Part shown: piece by piece, positions 62,500-64,000 of the stretch
Layout of the letters: each line of letters starts with the position of its first letter
Numbering within the stretch: position 1 is the stretch's first letter
Assembly (NCBI GenBank): GCA_016712665.1
Contig: JADJQP010000011.1
Span: forward strand, 4,824 to 68,823
Length of the DNA: 64,000 bases
Source of the DNA: Bacteroidota bacterium
Lineage (GTDB): Bacteria; Bacteroidota; Bacteroidia; Chitinophagales; Chitinophagaceae
Reading direction: 5' to 3'
Notes under the pieces: generated by a model
What the model saw: the letters and a program-made list of their open reading frames with translations, nothing else
What the model was told of the DNA's origin: nothing
Database searches by the model: none
Made by a program: the position numbers and the translations under genes

Positions 62500-64000
62500 A
62501 TGTTACCTTCGCGACTCTTTATGAATTTGCAGTTTTTGCAAGACCTATATACTCGACATTCCTGTCTGAATTCCCTGACAGATGAAATGGTATTGCCCCA
62601 AGCAAAACTCATTGCATTAAAAAACTTGCAAGCATCTGCCTTTTCGTTTGTTGCCAGCACCGTATTCAAAAATCTAGACCTCAATCATATTTTTGTTTTC
62701 GATGATAAAGAAACCGCTGCCTATTTTCACAACGATTTTGAAATTTTAACCCATGCGCTCGATATATGCTTATTTCCGGACAGCTATAAAAAAACCGGAC
62801 AAATAGATGAATTAAATAGCAGTCATGTCATGCTGCGTGCAGAAGCCTTGATGAAATTTAATGTGGCAAATCCACATCGAAAAGCACTCATTACCTATCC
62901 GGAGGCCTTGGTTGAAAAAGTAGTCAATACCACTTCATTTAGCAAAAACACCATTTATATCAAGCAAAGCGAAAAGCTTGACGTGGCCTTTCTTACAGAG
63001 TTTCTGGTAGAAATGAGTTTTACCAAAGTCGATTTTGTGTACGAGCCTGGACAATTTGCCATCCGTGGCGGCATTATCGATATCTACTCTTTTGGCAATG
63101 AACATCCATATCGTATTGAAATGTTTGATGATGAAGTAGACACCATTCGAATTTTTAATCCGGAGACACAACTCAGTGAACGCAAACTGTTACAAGTAAC
63201 CATTATCCCAAATATTGAAACCCATTTTGACATACAAGATAAAGTTTCGCTATTTGAATTTTTGCCTTCAAATACCGTCGTATGGATTCATGATGCGGAA
63301 TTAACCATGGAACGTATCGGCAAATTATGGTCGCACCTCGAAAACAAAGGTGATATTACCATTCACGATACCAACGAAAATGAATACCAATTAAGTGCAA
63401 CAGATTTTTCAAATTGGGAGACCCTAAATACACAGCTGAAGCAGCGAACCCTTATTGAATTTGGAAAAGGATTTGCCTCTGAAATATTTTCAATTCCCAT
63501 TAGCAAATCGTTTGAGTTTCATACAAAGGAACAGCCTGCCTTCAATCGAAATTTCGAATTACTAATCAAAGACCTACAGGAAAAAGTTTCTGAACTATAT
63601 ACCTTATTTATTTTTTCAGAAAATCCGAAACAATTGGAACGGCTACGAACCATCTTTCATGAGCTAAATGCCAATATCCTATTTACACCCATTCCTCATT
63701 CCATTGCCCATGGATTTATAGATCAGGATGTAAAAGTGGTTTGCTATACCGATCATGAAATTTTTCAGCGTTACCATAAATACAAAATGAAGCAGGCCTA
63801 CTCACAAGGTAAGGCACTCAGCATGCGAGCAATCAAAGATTTGCAACCGGGCGATTTTGTAGCCCATATCGATCATGGTGTAGGAAGGTATAGTGGTTTG
63901 CAAAAAATCGATGTCAATGGCGTTATGCAGGAAGCCGTTCGAATTATTTACAAAGACAATGATGTGCTGTATGTAAATATCAATTCGCTTCACAAAATTA
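62500..64000 (+). CDS. mfd: transcription-repair coupling factor Mfd, N-terminal part (continues beyond the window)
   Basis: Frame 1 is open from 62500 to the window end and is absent from the ORF track because it has no stop. It has a UvrB-homology N-terminus (GGIIDIYSFGNEHPYRIEMFDDEVDTIRIF) and a CarD-like RNAP-interacting domain (GDFVAHIDHGVGRYSGLQKI). An alternative start is at 62521 (MNLQFLQDLY). Confidence 0.88.
   Translation, partial: MLPSRLFMNLQFLQDLYTRHSCLNSLTDEMVLPQAKLIALKNLQASAFSFVASTVFKNLDLNHIFVFDDKETAAYFHNDFEILTHALDICLFPDSYKKTGQIDELNSSHVMLRAEALMKFNVANPHRKALITYPEALVEKVVNTTSFSKNTIYIKQSEKLDVAFLTEFLVEMSFTKVDFVYEPGQFAIRGGIIDIYSFGNEHPYRIEMFDDEVDTIRIFNPETQLSERKLLQVTIIPNIETHFDIQDKVSLFEFLPSNTVVWIHDAELTMERIGKLWSHLENKGDITIHDTNENEYQLSATDFSNWETLNTQLKQRTLIEFGKGFASEIFSIPISKSFEFHTKEQPAFNRNFELLIKDLQEKVSELYTLFIFSENPKQLERLRTIFHELNANILFTPIPHSIAHGFIDQDVKVVCYTDHEIFQRYHKYKMKQAYSQGKALSMRAIKDLQPGDFVAHIDHGVGRYSGLQKIDVNGVMQEAVRIIYKDNDVLYVNINSLHKI

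Noticed and set aside
62493-63993. Minus-strand ORFs 62493..62684, 62935..63171 and 63802..63993
   Set aside because: They are antisense to the continuous, clearly conserved mfd reading frame, which is missing from the ORF track only because it has no stop within the window.
1-64000. Mobile element, prophage, genomic island, tRNA or rRNA
   Set aside because: I found no integrase, transposase or phage-like proteins, no terminal inverted repeats flanking a gene block, and no tRNA-like or rRNA-like sequence in the intergenic regions.

Overview
AT-rich chromosomal window from a Bacteroidota-type bacterium. The assignment rests on T9SS type-A and type-B C-terminal sorting domains, a Bacteroidota-style dcw gene order without murF/ddl, and TAnnTTTG-like -7 boxes.

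Layout:
- 378-16584 (minus strand): a complete, tightly packed division/cell-wall cluster, mraZ-rsmH-ftsL-ftsI-murE-mraY-murD-ftsW-murG-murC-ftsQ-ftsA-ftsZ.
- 17-41 kb: mixed housekeeping and envelope genes. These are a POT peptide transporter, psd, ybeY, a mannose-1-P guanylyltransferase, arfB, dtd, a MazG-like protein, a DCC-family protein, a B12-binding radical SAM protein, a MeaB-like GTPase, an O-antigen-ligase-like protein, a GH92 mannosidase, a LolA-like protein, methyltransferases, DAHP synthase/chorismate mutase, chrA, an arginase-family protein and a GT4.
- 41.2-52.8 kb: one 11.6-kb minus-strand reading frame for a giant SprB-repeat adhesin. It has an N-terminal signal peptide, a Cys-rich head and a T9SS type-B sorting domain, and it is cut into three ORFs by two in-frame stop codons.
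- 53.5-59.4 kb: an alpha/beta hydrolase, a QxxRW GT2, a lone ABC permease, and a YHYH protein plus sulfatase that both carry T9SS type-A tails.
- After that: a J-domain/KTSC protein, an Upf1-like helicase, a small membrane protein and the 5' part of mfd, which runs off the window.

I saw no rRNA, tRNA, CRISPR, transposase/integrase or prophage genes.

The most striking global property is the number of broken reading frames. There are at least 11 one-base frameshifts, and all 9 that I could pin to a specific run sit in homopolymer runs. There are also 4 in-frame stops (TGA x2, TAA, TAG). The lesions hit ftsZ, ftsW and murD as well as accessory genes. mraY also appears to lack its first transmembrane helix. 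From the sequence alone I cannot tell base-calling or assembly error from genuine decay, a hypermutator history or recoding. Resequencing is the decisive test. I did not find a clearly novel multi-gene system; the adhesin locus is the best candidate for follow-up.
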